Source: Clostridia bacterium (GTDB lineage Bacteria; Bacillota; Clostridia; Christensenellales; CAG-138). From it: a stretch of 64,000 bases of DNA. The notes under the pieces were generated by a model, which saw only the letters and a list, made by a program, of their open reading frames with translations, did not search any database and was not told the DNA's origin. The position numbers were made by a program, and so were the translations under genes. The DNA lies in assembly GCA_030527165.1 (NCBI GenBank), contig JAUNBH010000003.1:20028-84027 (forward strand), given 5' to 3'. Positions 36,229 through 45,904 of this stretch are shown piece after piece. Each line of letters begins with the position of its first letter. Within the stretch, counting starts at the first letter, position 1.

Positions 36229-37484
36229 AGTTTGCGGCAGGCGTACACTGCCTCTATATCCGCGGATTCTGTGGTGTAGAGCGCGCGTCCGATGCGGTCT
36301 GACGGGGACATGGACGGCGGAGCCTGAAGGGCGCGGTCGTCGATGACTATGGCGTGGAATTCGTTTCCCTGCGCAAAGCCCGGTTGCTCGCCGAAGAACA
36401 CCTGGCCTGCACTCGTCGCCAAATACAGCGCCTCGGTCGCGGAAATGCAACCCTCGGCGCCGCCTGTCGCAATGCTTCGCAGCTTGGCGGACTTTACCGC
36501 CATTGCCGCAACCTGCAGCATGGATAGCTGCGCGCCGCCGGCTATATCGGAGCCCAGGACGACGTTGAGGCGCTCGTCGAGCATTTTGCGCAGCGGAGCT
36601 ACGCCGGAACACAGGTTGACATTGGAGTCCGGACAGTGTGCGACCCACGCGCCACAGCGCGCTATGGCGGCGCGCTCCGCTTCGTCACTGAATACGCAGT
36701 GAGCCACTATGGTTTTCTCGCCAAACAGACCGCGCTTGTGATAAGTCTCCCAGTAGGCGCTGCAGTCGGGGCAGAGCTCAAGCACCCAAGCGCATTCGTC
36801 GGCGTTCTCGCTCATGTGAGACTGTATTGGCAGGGCGCTCGCCCGCGCGAGCTCGCCGAGCCGTGTCATGAGGTCGTCAGAGCACGCGGGCGTAAAGCGG
36901 GGAGTAATGATGGGGCGAACGCGCTTGAAGCGCTTGAGCGCCTCGTCTATGAAGCGCTCGGTTTCGGCGATGGAGCGCTCCGTATCCTCTCGAATGGAGA
37001 GGGGGCAGTTGCGGTCCATATTGACCTTGCCGACGTAGCCGGATATGCCCGCGTCCTCGAGCGCCTGCATGAGCGCCAGCGTGGAATCCGTATGCACGCT
37101 CGAAAACATGCACACGCGCGTGGTGCCCACGGAGACGAGCTTGGCGGCGAGCGCGTCATACACGCGCCGGGCGTATTCAACGTCGTCAAATCGGGCTTCC
37201 GTTGCGAATGTGTATGTGTTCAGCCATTCCAGCAGCGGCAGGTCTATCCCCATGCCGAGCATCGGGTACTGTGGCGCATGGAGATGCATGTCGCACAGTG
37301 CCTGCGTCACCAGCCTGCCGCGATAGTCGTGCAGCGGCATATGCGCGTATTCCGCGGGCAGTTCGCCGTATATGCCCGCGACTCTCCCGCCGCGTACTGC
37401 GACATAACCGTCGGGTATGTGCTCTATCGCGTCCAAAGCCGGCGCGTGTATGATGTCGCCGTGCACGATGTATGTGTCCGTCAT
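36225..37484 (-). CDS. guaD: Amidohydrolase-superfamily guanine deaminase-like protein (GuaD/SsnA group)
   Basis: It is co-linear by eye with E. coli GuaD: DYRGRLV...DMHLHAPQYPMLG...LLEWLNTYTF..E, ITPRF, SHMSEN and GSDIAGG. Confidence 0.7.
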   Translation of the reverse strand: MTDTYIVHGDIIHAPALDAIEHIPDGYVAVRGGRVAGIYGELPAEYAHMPLHDYRGRLVTQALCDMHLHAPQYPMLGMGIDLPLLEWLNTYTFATEARFDDVEYARRVYDALAAKLVSVGTTRVCMFSSVHTDSTLALMQALEDAGISGYVGKVNMDRNCPLSIREDTERSIAETERFIDEALKRFKRVRPIITPRFTPACSDDLMTRLGELARASALPIQSHMSENADECAWVLELCPDCSAYWETYHKRGLFGEKTIVAHCVFSDEAERAAIARCGAWVAHCPDSNVNLCSGVAPLRKMLDERLNVVLGSDIAGGAQLSMLQVAAMAVKSAKLRSIATGGAEGCISATEALYLATSAGQVFFGEQPGFAQGNEFHAIVIDDRALQAPPSMSPSDRIGRALYTTESADIEAVYACRKL

Positions 37485-38074
37485 GGTTTACCTCCGTTCT
37501 TGTGTGTTGCGGCGAGTGCGGCCAATTCAAGCGCCGTGTCCGCATCGGCCAGCTCCGCTGCGCTGCCGGCTTCGCACAGCAACAGGGCGTCCGGATGGCG
37601 TCTGATGACTGCGCTTCCGCCCCTGTCGCCGGCGAGTGCGGCGAGCTCCGGGAAAAAGCCGCGCGGAAACACTACCGGGTTGCCCTTTACGCCCTCGAAG
37701 GCGAGAGCGACTATGCGACTGGGGTTTGCGAGCCACATGTCCAGTACGCGCTCCACGCTCTCGGGCCGCAGCAGCGGCTGATCGCAGACGCAGAACATCG
37801 CCGCATCCGCGTCCGCAAGCGCGCCCAGGCCTATTCTTATGCTCGAACTGATTCCCCTCTCGGGCGCATCGTTTAGAAGGCATTCCAAGCCGCAGTCCAA
37901 CAACAGCGGGCGCGTGTCCGCCTGTGTGACCGCGACCGTGCGGTAAAAGCGGGATTGCGGAAGCGCGGCCGCTGCGTGAACCGCCAGCGGCTGGCCGCAG
38001 AAATCGCTCAGCAGCTTATTACCGCCAAATCTATGGGAGCACCCGGCGGCGAGCAAGACGCAGCCGATTCTCAT
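37481..38074 (-). CDS. mocA: MobA-like nucleotidyltransferase, YgfJ/MocA family (molybdenum cofactor cytidylyltransferase)
   Basis: VLLAAGCSHRFGGNKLL N-terminal NTP-transferase motif. Length 197 aa. It is coupled by 4-nt overlaps to both neighbouring genes. Confidence 0.75.
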   Translation of the reverse strand: MRIGCVLLAAGCSHRFGGNKLLSDFCGQPLAVHAAAALPQSRFYRTVAVTQADTRPLLLDCGLECLLNDAPERGISSSIRIGLGALADADAAMFCVCDQPLLRPESVERVLDMWLANPSRIVALAFEGVKGNPVVFPRGFFPELAALAGDRGGSAVIRRHPDALLLCEAGSAAELADADTALELAALAATHKNGGKP

Positions 38075-39441
38075 AGAGCCCCGCTTTTGCCTCGCGCGAG
38101 GTACCTTCCGCAGCCCATTTGGAGCAGTTCTCCGTCATGTACGCAGTGAACGCCGTTTAGTATGACGTCCCGCACCCTCCCGCGAACTGTCATTCCGCTG
38201 TAAGGCGAATAGCCGCACTTGTACGCGTTGTCCGCGTCAGTTACTATGCGGCTGCCCTCCGGAGACCATATGGTTATATCTGCGAATGCGCCCGATGCGA
38301 GCACGCCCCTGTCGCGTATACCGAACAGCTTTGCGGGGTTGTACGCCATTAGCCTGACGAGTTTTTGAGGGTCGCAGCGCCCCGCGAGCACACCTTCGCT
38401 GAACATCAGCTCAACTCTGTGCTGAACGCCGGGAATGCCGTTGGGGACGAGCGCGTAGTCATGCGCGCCGGCATCTTTTTGCGCGAGAGTAAAGGAGCAG
38501 TGATCCGTACCGATGGCGTCTATGTTGCCGTCCTCGAGCGCATCCCAGAGCGCTTCCGCGTCGCTTGGCTTGCGCAGCGGGGGGCTCATGATGTATTTCC
38601 TGCCGTCGGCATCGTACAGCTCGTCGTGCAGCGTCAAATACTGCGGACAGGTCTCGACGAACACCTCCGGCTCGGCAAAAGCGGCGCGGTGCCGGCGCAC
38701 CTCCAGCAGCGCTTCTTTAGTCGACAGGTGAACGATGTACGCGGGAGCCTCCGCCAGGCGCGCGATGTATATGAGGCGGTTAACTGCCTCCGCTTCGACC
38801 TCATTAGGCCTGCTCCGCACATGTGAAGCGGGGTCGCCCTGCAAGCCGCGCTCGTGCAGCTCGCGGGAGAGCGCTCTTATCAAATCGTAGTTCTCGCAGT
38901 GCACTGCGACCAGTGAATCCAGTTCGCGCGCGCGCTTGAGCGCGCGGAATATGGCGCCGTCGTCGACTCTCAGTGCGTCGTACACCATGTAGAGTTTGTA
39001 CGAGGTAACGCCCAGACTGCGCATGTACTCCATTTCTGCGGATACCGCGTCATCGAAGCGGGCTATGGCGATGTGAAAGCCGTAATTGCACGAGCTGCCC
39101 TGCGCCTTGCGCATCCACTCGTGAAACGCGTCTGCGAGCGAGCCGCCTGGCTCCTGTGTGGCAAAATCCAGCACCGTAGTCGTGCCGCCCAACAGCGCTG
39201 CCGCGGTTCCGCTGGCGAAATCGTCTGCGGTGACGGCAGTACCAGTGTCGAGGTCGAAGTGCGTGTGTGTGTCTATGAAACCCGGCATGACCAGGCAACC
39301 GGAGGCATCAATCACTTCATCGGCGTCTGAAGCGCACAAATCGGGCGCTATCTGCACAATCCTGTCGCCGCGTATGAGTACGTCGGCAGAGGCGCTGTCG
39401 CGCGCGTTTACTACTGTGCCGTTTCTTATGAGCAGGGCCAT
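38071..39441 (-). CDS. Dihydropyrimidinase/D-hydantoinase-family cyclic amidohydrolase
   Basis: Motifs MPGFIDTHTHFDL, TSYKLYMVY (carbamylated Lys context), VHCEN and GTDHCSF. Length 456 aa. Confidence 0.85.
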   Translation of the reverse strand: MALLIRNGTVVNARDSASADVLIRGDRIVQIAPDLCASDADEVIDASGCLVMPGFIDTHTHFDLDTGTAVTADDFASGTAAALLGGTTTVLDFATQEPGGSLADAFHEWMRKAQGSSCNYGFHIAIARFDDAVSAEMEYMRSLGVTSYKLYMVYDALRVDDGAIFRALKRARELDSLVAVHCENYDLIRALSRELHERGLQGDPASHVRSRPNEVEAEAVNRLIYIARLAEAPAYIVHLSTKEALLEVRRHRAAFAEPEVFVETCPQYLTLHDELYDADGRKYIMSPPLRKPSDAEALWDALEDGNIDAIGTDHCSFTLAQKDAGAHDYALVPNGIPGVQHRVELMFSEGVLAGRCDPQKLVRLMAYNPAKLFGIRDRGVLASGAFADITIWSPEGSRIVTDADNAYKCGYSPYSGMTVRGRVRDVILNGVHCVHDGELLQMGCGRYLARGKSGAL

Positions 39442-39612
39442 GTCGTCCTCCTTAGCTTATATATAATTCTAACATTATCGCGCCGCGAATGCAACTCTCA
39501 CATGAGAGGTACGCAGGTGTGCAAATATGAATATGCTGTAAATAAATGCGTGCTTCGGTTGAAATTGTTTGCAGCGCCATGGTAGTATTGTGCAGTGGAA
39601 CGGAGGTTGCGT

Positions 39613-40977
39613 ATGGTGAAAAAACTCATAGCGTTCGCGTTGCTGCTGATCGGCGCGGCGTCTTTGTTTGGTTGCGTCGGTGAGAGTGGGACACACGGCG
39701 GCGAGATCAGCTTTCCGGGGAACAGCGCCACTCCCGCGTACACTCCTGAGAGCACGATTGACGTCACGTCCGGCGCCCCGACTGCCAGTCAACCGATACC
39801 TACGGTCACACCGACCGTATTGACTTACGCCGATGAGATGCCGCAGAACATACCCGACTCCATAGAGCTTTTGTGGACTATGATGCCCAGGCAGGGCGCG
39901 ACGGTTGCGCTCGGGCAGGCGTTCACGCTCGAGGGCGTAATACAATCGGATACTCCAATCAGCGCAGTCGAGGTGCGCGTGTACGATATCGCCGGCGATA
40001 CGCTGGAATTGCGGCAGGCGGCCGAGTCGGGGGATCTGGGTGAGCTTATTTACGACCTGAATGGGGGGAACACGAGCATAAGCTATCTTGCGCCTTTCTC
40101 GCGGCTGACGGAGGGCGAGAAGCGGCTGGAGCTGTATGTGTCCAACCAGACGGACTCCGACGTGCTGTTGTGGCGGGCGGAGTTCACGATATCAGAGTGG
40201 GTGCAGCTGACAAACGACATGATACACTACATATTCGTCGACCCTCTGAGGGAGTTCTTCGGCGATGAATCATATCTGTTCAGATTCAAAGTTGCAAGGC
40301 GCGCGAGCAGGCGTATAGTGATAGACGAGCAGTGGGAGAAGGACAACATCATCTCGTTGACGTTCAACGGCAGGTACTACCAGGTGCACAGGCTGGCGTA
40401 TGACGCGTTTAAGAACGCGTTTGACCACATCAGGGAGTCGTATGTCAGCATAACCTACGATGACGGCACTACCGGCGCGTTTTTGCTCAACGATGCTATG
40501 GTGTACAACCTTGCCGATGGCGCGTATGTGCCGCGCTTCCAGGATTGGTGGTTCTCCAAGGTGAGCCATCACAGCTTCGGCACGTGCATAGACATAAACA
40601 GTACGCTCGAGGTAAACCAGATACTGTTGGACGAGAATGGTTACGATACGAACTGGGTACAGATAGAGCGTGACATCGCCAAGCTGACGTACGACGGCCT
40701 CAAAGCGCTCGACGGACATAGCCACGTCTATTGTTTTACATTTGACGGAAACCGGCAACAGGGCAAGCTCATTCCGGACACGCTGCTCAACTATCTGCTG
40801 CACGAAATAGCCTTTGCACGCGAGGGCTTCTCGTGGGGCGGCTACTTCGGCAACGGTTCCGATGCGATGCATTTCTCATTGACCGAGCCAAACGACTACG
40901 GTGTGATATATCCCGATGGGTCTACCGCCACACAGGACAGGCAGCGCGTGCAGAAGGTGTTTGAATACGCGCCGTGA
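39613..40977 (+). CDS. Lipoprotein with C-terminal M15-family (VanY/LAS-type) zinc peptidase domain
   Basis: Lipobox LLIGAASLFGC. The C-terminus carries SHHSFGTCIDIN and WGGYF...DAMHF motifs, typical of M15 peptidases. GGAGG SD precedes ATG 39613. Confidence 0.7.
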   Translation: MVKKLIAFALLLIGAASLFGCVGESGTHGGEISFPGNSATPAYTPESTIDVTSGAPTASQPIPTVTPTVLTYADEMPQNIPDSIELLWTMMPRQGATVALGQAFTLEGVIQSDTPISAVEVRVYDIAGDTLELRQAAESGDLGELIYDLNGGNTSISYLAPFSRLTEGEKRLELYVSNQTDSDVLLWRAEFTISEWVQLTNDMIHYIFVDPLREFFGDESYLFRFKVARRASRRIVIDEQWEKDNIISLTFNGRYYQVHRLAYDAFKNAFDHIRESYVSITYDDGTTGAFLLNDAMVYNLADGAYVPRFQDWWFSKVSHHSFGTCIDINSTLEVNQILLDENGYDTNWVQIERDIAKLTYDGLKALDGHSHVYCFTFDGNRQQGKLIPDTLLNYLLHEIAFAREGFSWGGYFGNGSDAMHFSLTEPNDYGVIYPDGSTATQDRQRVQKVFEYAP

Positions 40978-41010
40978 CGCCTTGAATCTGTGCACGCTCG
41001 ATTTCTCGAT

Positions 41011-41044
41011 TAAAGCCGCCCCGGGTTGCATCCGAAGCGGCTTT
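41011..41044. terminator. Bidirectional terminator between convergent genes
   Basis: AAAGCCGC...GCGGCTTTT hairpin flanked by an A-tract and a T-tract. Confidence 0.6.
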
Positions 41045-41063
41045 TGCTTTCACGGCTGCGGCG

Positions 41064-42959
41064 CTATTGGCGTATGAACCCCTCTATATCGGAGAACGCC
41101 TTGTCCGCCAGCTCATAGCAGCGCGCTATGGCGGCTTCGCTCCTCAGCCTCATATCCTGCGCGAAGTCTTCGTCTGCGATTCCGCTGATGTTTATGAGCA
41201 CGTTAAGCCACGCGCCCTGAGCGGCGCTGCGCAGGTTTGCCGCGCCGGAACCGAGGTCGGAGTAGCAGTTGGGATTGATGGTGCCTACACACTCGCTCAA
41301 TACCTCGAGCGCTCTCTCGCAGTTTAGCAGCAGCTCAAAGGGCACCTGTGCAGCGTACTTCAGCGCGGATTGCATAGCGGCGCGCCTTGCGGCCTTTTGC
41401 TCATCCGTGTCCTTGGGGAGCTTGGCAGCCTCGCCAAAGCCGTTATACGCGTCGGTATCCCTGTCTATGCCGTCCGTCATGGAGTTCACGAACGGGTCTG
41501 CGCGGTCAATGATGCTGCGCATGAGCTCATGTGCGTCCGCGTATTTCTTTTTTGAAGCGGTGAGCCTGGCTGTCATAGCGGCGAGACCTATGCCCATCGC
41601 GCCTGCGACTGCGGATACAGAGCCGCCTCCGGGCGCTGGTTCGTCACTTGCCACCAGTTTGATGAAATCACTTACTGTCATGTCTGCGAGCCTGTGGCTG
41701 TCCATACGGTTGCCTTCCACTATGACTATTTCCCCCTTCTTAATGACTGTTTTTACTTGGTTTGCACCGTATCTGTACAGCGCCCTGTCGAGGTTGGGCG
41801 CGTCCCATATCAGCAGATCTGCCTGCTTTGACGCTTCGACGGTGCCGAGCCTGTCAGCCCTGCCGATTGCGGCTGCGGCGTTCAGCGTGACCGCCGTCAA
41901 CACCTCCTCCGGCGTTAGGCGATACTTGTAGCAGGCCATGTTCATGGGCAGCTGAAGCGACAGGTTGGGCGTCGAGCCGGGATTGAAGTCGCTTGCGACT
42001 GCGACAGCTACGCCCGCGTCTATCATTTCGCGCGCCGGTGCGAAGCCCTTGCCGAGGTAGAACGAGGTCGCCGGCAGCAGCACCGCGATAGTACCTCCGC
42101 GCGCCATGGATTCTATGCCGGACGGCTGTGCCGCTATGAGGTGCTCCGCGCTGACCGCGCCTATTTGCCCCGCGAGCTCCGAGCCGCCTATGGCGTCTAT
42201 CTCGTCCGCGTGAATCTTTGCACCCATGCCGTGCGCCTGCGCGGCGCGCAGCACGCGCTCTGACTCCGCGGCGTCGAACACGGCGGTTTCGCAGAACACG
42301 TCACAGAACTCCGCCAGATGCTCCCGGGCCACGCGAGGTATCATTTCATCGGTAAGGGCGCGTATATAGCCCTCCCTGTCGTCCGCGAACTCGTCGGGCA
42401 CGGCGTGAGCGCCCATGAAAGTCGACACTATCTCAACGGGCTGCACCTCGTTAAGGCGCTTTGCCGCCCTCAACTGTTTCAGCTCGTGCTCCGCGCTCAG
42501 CCCATAGCCGCTCTTGGCCTCACAGGTGGTCGTGCCGTAGAGGAGCATTGTTGAAAGCGCCTCGCCGGCCTTCTCCGCGAGCTCCTCCTCAGATGCCGCG
42601 CGCGTGCTCCGCACGGTAGAGAGTATACCTCCGCCGCTTTTGAGTATGTCCAAGTAGTCTGCGCCGCGGAGCTTCTGCGCGAGTTCGTGTTCACGCCAAC
42701 CACCGAATACGAGATGTGTGTGGCAGTCTATCAGTCCGGCAGTTACGAGCCTGCCCTGTGCGTCTATGAGACGCGTCGAAGACGCGATGAGTTCACGGGG
42801 CGCGGGGCCTGTGCCCACCGCGCATATCTTTTCGCCGTCGACAGCCACATACGCGTCATGTAGCTTAAGTACGGCGCCCTGCGCCCTGCCGCACAGCTTT
42901 TGCGAACCCTGAGCCGTCGCCAGTGTGCCTATGTTGTAGATTATTACGGATGCCGGCAT
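41064..42959 (-). CDS. hutI: Imidazolonepropionase fused to a formiminotetrahydrofolate cyclodeaminase (FTCD_C) domain
   Basis: Residues 1-420 are HutI-like (DCHTHLVFGGWREHE, HADE, ASDFNPGS). Residues from about 430 to 631 are cyclodeaminase-like (DFIKLVASDEPAPGGGSVSAVAGAMG). It is a single ORF with no internal stop. Confidence 0.85.
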   Translation of the reverse strand: MPASVIIYNIGTLATAQGSQKLCGRAQGAVLKLHDAYVAVDGEKICAVGTGPAPRELIASSTRLIDAQGRLVTAGLIDCHTHLVFGGWREHELAQKLRGADYLDILKSGGGILSTVRSTRAASEEELAEKAGEALSTMLLYGTTTCEAKSGYGLSAEHELKQLRAAKRLNEVQPVEIVSTFMGAHAVPDEFADDREGYIRALTDEMIPRVAREHLAEFCDVFCETAVFDAAESERVLRAAQAHGMGAKIHADEIDAIGGSELAGQIGAVSAEHLIAAQPSGIESMARGGTIAVLLPATSFYLGKGFAPAREMIDAGVAVAVASDFNPGSTPNLSLQLPMNMACYKYRLTPEEVLTAVTLNAAAAIGRADRLGTVEASKQADLLIWDAPNLDRALYRYGANQVKTVIKKGEIVIVEGNRMDSHRLADMTVSDFIKLVASDEPAPGGGSVSAVAGAMGIGLAAMTARLTASKKKYADAHELMRSIIDRADPFVNSMTDGIDRDTDAYNGFGEAAKLPKDTDEQKAARRAAMQSALKYAAQVPFELLLNCERALEVLSECVGTINPNCYSDLGSGAANLRSAAQGAWLNVLINISGIADEDFAQDMRLRSEAAIARCYELADKAFSDIEGFIRQ

Positions 42960-42968
42960 ATGCGTGCG

Positions 42969-43862
42969 CTACATAAGGCGGTTCTCGAGCACCTGCTCCT
43001 TGGAGAAGCCCTCGAGCTGCAGGTAGTACTCGGCGGTGTCGATCAGCGCGCCCATGGGAGCGAGTCCGATTATCTCGCTGCCGATAATATGAACTCCATA
43101 GCGCGCGGCCTCTACCCGGACGAGTTCAAACACCCTGTAAAGCGGCGTCTTGGCGTAGTTGCACATATTGATGGATACCTGCGCGATATTCCTGTCCTCG
43201 AGCATTACGCCCAGCGCTTTGACGTGCTTCAGCCCGCCGCTGCGCTCGCGGATAATGCGGGCGATCTTGTCGGCGATTTTCACATCGCTGGTGCTCAGGT
43301 TGATGTTATACGCCACCAACGGCGCGCGCGCCCCCACCGCGACTACGCCTGCGGTCGGGTGGACGGTGTTGCCGCCGAAATCGGGGTGCCATTTCTCCTC
43401 TTTGACCTTGTCCGCCATGCCCTCGAATTGTCCCTTGCGTATGTCGGCGAGGTTCTTGCGGTGCGGTGCGCTCGCCGAATCCTCGTAGAGGAATACGGGT
43501 ATGGACAACTCAGCGGCTATGCGCTCGCCGAGCGCTTTGGAGAGCGCCACGCACTCCGCGACGGTGGTGTCCTTTATGGGAACAAAGGGTATTACGTCGA
43601 TTGCGCCCATGCGCGGATGCTCGCCCTCGTGACGCGTGAGGTCTATGTTGTCTCGCGCCGCCATGGCGAGGCGGAATGCGGCCTCCGCAACCCCGTCGGG
43701 GTCTCCCACCATGGTGATCACGCTTCTGTTGTGGCTCGCGTCTGAGGAGTAGTCGAGCAGCGTAACGCCCGGAACTTCCCTTATCACGCCCACAAGCGCC
43801 TCGACAACGTCCGTGCGCCTGCCCTCGCTGATATTCGGGATGCATTCGATTATTTTAGCCAT
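42969..43862 (-). CDS. ftcD: Glutamate formimidoyltransferase
   Basis: Begins MAKIIECIPNISEGRRTDVVEAL, the canonical N-terminus. GGAGG SD. It overlaps the hutU stop by 8 nt. Confidence 0.85.
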   Translation of the reverse strand: MAKIIECIPNISEGRRTDVVEALVGVIREVPGVTLLDYSSDASHNRSVITMVGDPDGVAEAAFRLAMAARDNIDLTRHEGEHPRMGAIDVIPFVPIKDTTVAECVALSKALGERIAAELSIPVFLYEDSASAPHRKNLADIRKGQFEGMADKVKEEKWHPDFGGNTVHPTAGVVAVGARAPLVAYNINLSTSDVKIADKIARIIRERSGGLKHVKALGVMLEDRNIAQVSINMCNYAKTPLYRVFELVRVEAARYGVHIIGSEIIGLAPMGALIDTAEYYLQLEGFSKEQVLENRLM

Positions 43863-45894
43863 GATAACCTCCGCTGTTTTGTAATGCGTCTGAAACGGTT
43901 TTATTAACAAGCTCCGCGCTGGCCACGCTCGGAAGCGTTATGTGGTCAGTGCGGGCGTTGTTTCGATTGTACTCCGCCACGGTGGAGATGGAGTTCTCAT
44001 TTCGCGCCCAAGCGCGCCGTGCGACTCCGCCCATGGTATCCCAGGGCATTGCCATGGAGAGTATGGCGTCCACGCGCTCGCTGCCATCCAAGACCATGCC
44101 GAAGCCGCCGTTTATAGCCTTGCCGATGCCGACGCCGCCGCCGTTGTGCAGCGCTATGAGGCTCATGCCTCGCGCGGCATTGCCGGCGAAGCACTGCGTA
44201 GCCATGTCCGCCATGATGTTAGAGCCGTCCTTAATGTTGGAAGTCTCGCGGAAGGGCGAATCCGTACCGCCGGTGTCGTGATGGTCCCTGCCGAGCATTA
44301 CCGGGCCGATCAGCCCTTCTCTGACCATCTCGTTAAACCGCAGCGCGATCTTCGTCCTGCCCATGGCGTCCTGATAGAGTATGCGCGCCTGCGTTCCCAC
44401 TACCAGCTTGTTCTTTTTCGCATCGCGCACCCAGATATAGTTGTCCCTGTCCTGATAGCGCCTGTTGGGGTCTATGCACTCCATGGCGGCGCGGTCGGTA
44501 GCGTCGAGATCCTCGGGTCTTCCGCTGAGGCACACCCAGCGGAACGGGCCGTAGCCGTAGTCGAACAGCTGTGGGCCGAGTATATCCTCGACATAGGAGG
44601 GGAACACAAACCCGTCCTTTTCATCGTGTCCGTTGCGGCATATGCCCTTGACTCCGGCGTCGTATACGGCTTTGAGAAAGCTGTTCCCGTAGTCGAAGAA
44701 GTACGTTCCCCGGCGGCTCAGCTCGCAAATGAGCTCGTAGTGCTTAACGAGGGACTTATCGACGAGGCGCGCGAACTCCTGCTTGTCCTCGTCGAGCAGG
44801 CGCGTGCGCTCCTCAAAGCTCACTCCCTGCGGGCAATAGCCGCCGTCGTACGGCACATGGCATGAGGTCTGGTCCGACAGCAAGTCGACGTGCACATTGT
44901 TGGCTATCAAGTATTGCAGCAGGTCTACTACATTGCCGTGATAGGCGATTGCGCAGGGCGTCCTGGCCGCGAGCTTCTCGTTGGCGATTGCGACCGCGTC
45001 CTCAAGGCTGTTCGTACAGCAGCTGACCCAGCCCTGCTCGTGGCGCGTCCGTATGCGCGATGCATCGACTTCGGCGATTATGGATACTGCGCCCGCTATC
45101 TCGGCTGCCTTGCCCTGAGCGCCGCTCATGCCGCCGAGGCCCGATGATACGAATAACTTCCCCGCCAGGTCTTCATTCTGTGGTATGCCGAGCTTCATTC
45201 TGCCCGCGTTGAGCAGCGTGTTGAATGTGCCGTGAACTATGCCCTGGGGGCCTATATACATCCAGCCGCCGGCGGTCATCTGACCATAGTTGGCGACGCC
45301 GAGTGCCGCGGCGCGGTTGAAGTCGCTCTGGTTGTCGAACATCCCCACCATAAGCCCGTTTGTTATAATCACTCGCGGGGCGAGCTTGTGTGAGCGGAAC
45401 AGCCCGAGCGGATGTCCGGACTCTATTACCAGCGTCTGCTCATCCGTCAACAACTCCAGGTATGCCTTTATGAGGCGGTATTGCATCCAGTTCTGGCAGA
45501 CTTGACCGGTTTCTCCGTATGTAACCAATTCGTAGGGGTAGAGCGCGACGGCGAAGTCGAGATTGTTGTCTATCATCACCTGAAACGCCTTGCCCTCCAC
45601 GCACGCGCCGCGGTAATGCTCTATTGGCATGCCGTGGAGTTCGCCGTGCGGGCGGAAGCGGTAGCCGTATATCCTGCCGTGCTCCATCAGCTCGCGCATG
45701 AACTCCGGCGCGAGCGCATCGTGGTACTTGGTCGGTATGTAGCGCAGCGCATTGGCGAGCGCGAGCTCCGTGTCCGATTGCGACAGGTGCGCCTCGCGCC
45801 TGGGCGCGCGCCTTATGCCGTCTTTAAACGGCTGAAGCTCTGGCAGCGGGCCGCCGAATACGTGTTCTATCATGTTGCTTGGAATGGTGTTCAT
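43855..45894 (-). CDS. hutU: Urocanate hydratase
   Basis: 679 aa with long-form urocanase motifs (GGMSGAQ, GLGGMSGAQGKAAEI). GAGGAG SD precedes ATG 45894. Confidence 0.9.
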   Translation of the reverse strand: MNTIPSNMIEHVFGGPLPELQPFKDGIRRAPRREAHLSQSDTELALANALRYIPTKYHDALAPEFMRELMEHGRIYGYRFRPHGELHGMPIEHYRGACVEGKAFQVMIDNNLDFAVALYPYELVTYGETGQVCQNWMQYRLIKAYLELLTDEQTLVIESGHPLGLFRSHKLAPRVIITNGLMVGMFDNQSDFNRAAALGVANYGQMTAGGWMYIGPQGIVHGTFNTLLNAGRMKLGIPQNEDLAGKLFVSSGLGGMSGAQGKAAEIAGAVSIIAEVDASRIRTRHEQGWVSCCTNSLEDAVAIANEKLAARTPCAIAYHGNVVDLLQYLIANNVHVDLLSDQTSCHVPYDGGYCPQGVSFEERTRLLDEDKQEFARLVDKSLVKHYELICELSRRGTYFFDYGNSFLKAVYDAGVKGICRNGHDEKDGFVFPSYVEDILGPQLFDYGYGPFRWVCLSGRPEDLDATDRAAMECIDPNRRYQDRDNYIWVRDAKKNKLVVGTQARILYQDAMGRTKIALRFNEMVREGLIGPVMLGRDHHDTGGTDSPFRETSNIKDGSNIMADMATQCFAGNAARGMSLIALHNGGGVGIGKAINGGFGMVLDGSERVDAILSMAMPWDTMGGVARRAWARNENSISTVAEYNRNNARTDHITLPSVASAELVNKTVSDALQNSGGYHG

Positions 45895-45904
45895 ATGACT
45901 CTCC

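Noticed and set aside
36229-36648. 140-aa N-terminal extension of the DUF1284 ORF (track ORF 35839..36648).
   Set aside because: The extension overlaps the 3' end of the guanine-deaminase-like gene in another frame and is Arg/Pro-rich nonsense. The recognisable DUF1284 sequence begins exactly at ATG 36228, which forms an ATGA overlap with the upstream stop.
39442-39612. Possible purine riboswitch upstream of the hydantoinase-mocA-deaminase operon.
   Set aside because: Reading the minus-strand leader, I did not find the conserved junction sequences of guanine or adenine riboswitches. The leader is short and AT-rich, like a plain divergent promoter region.
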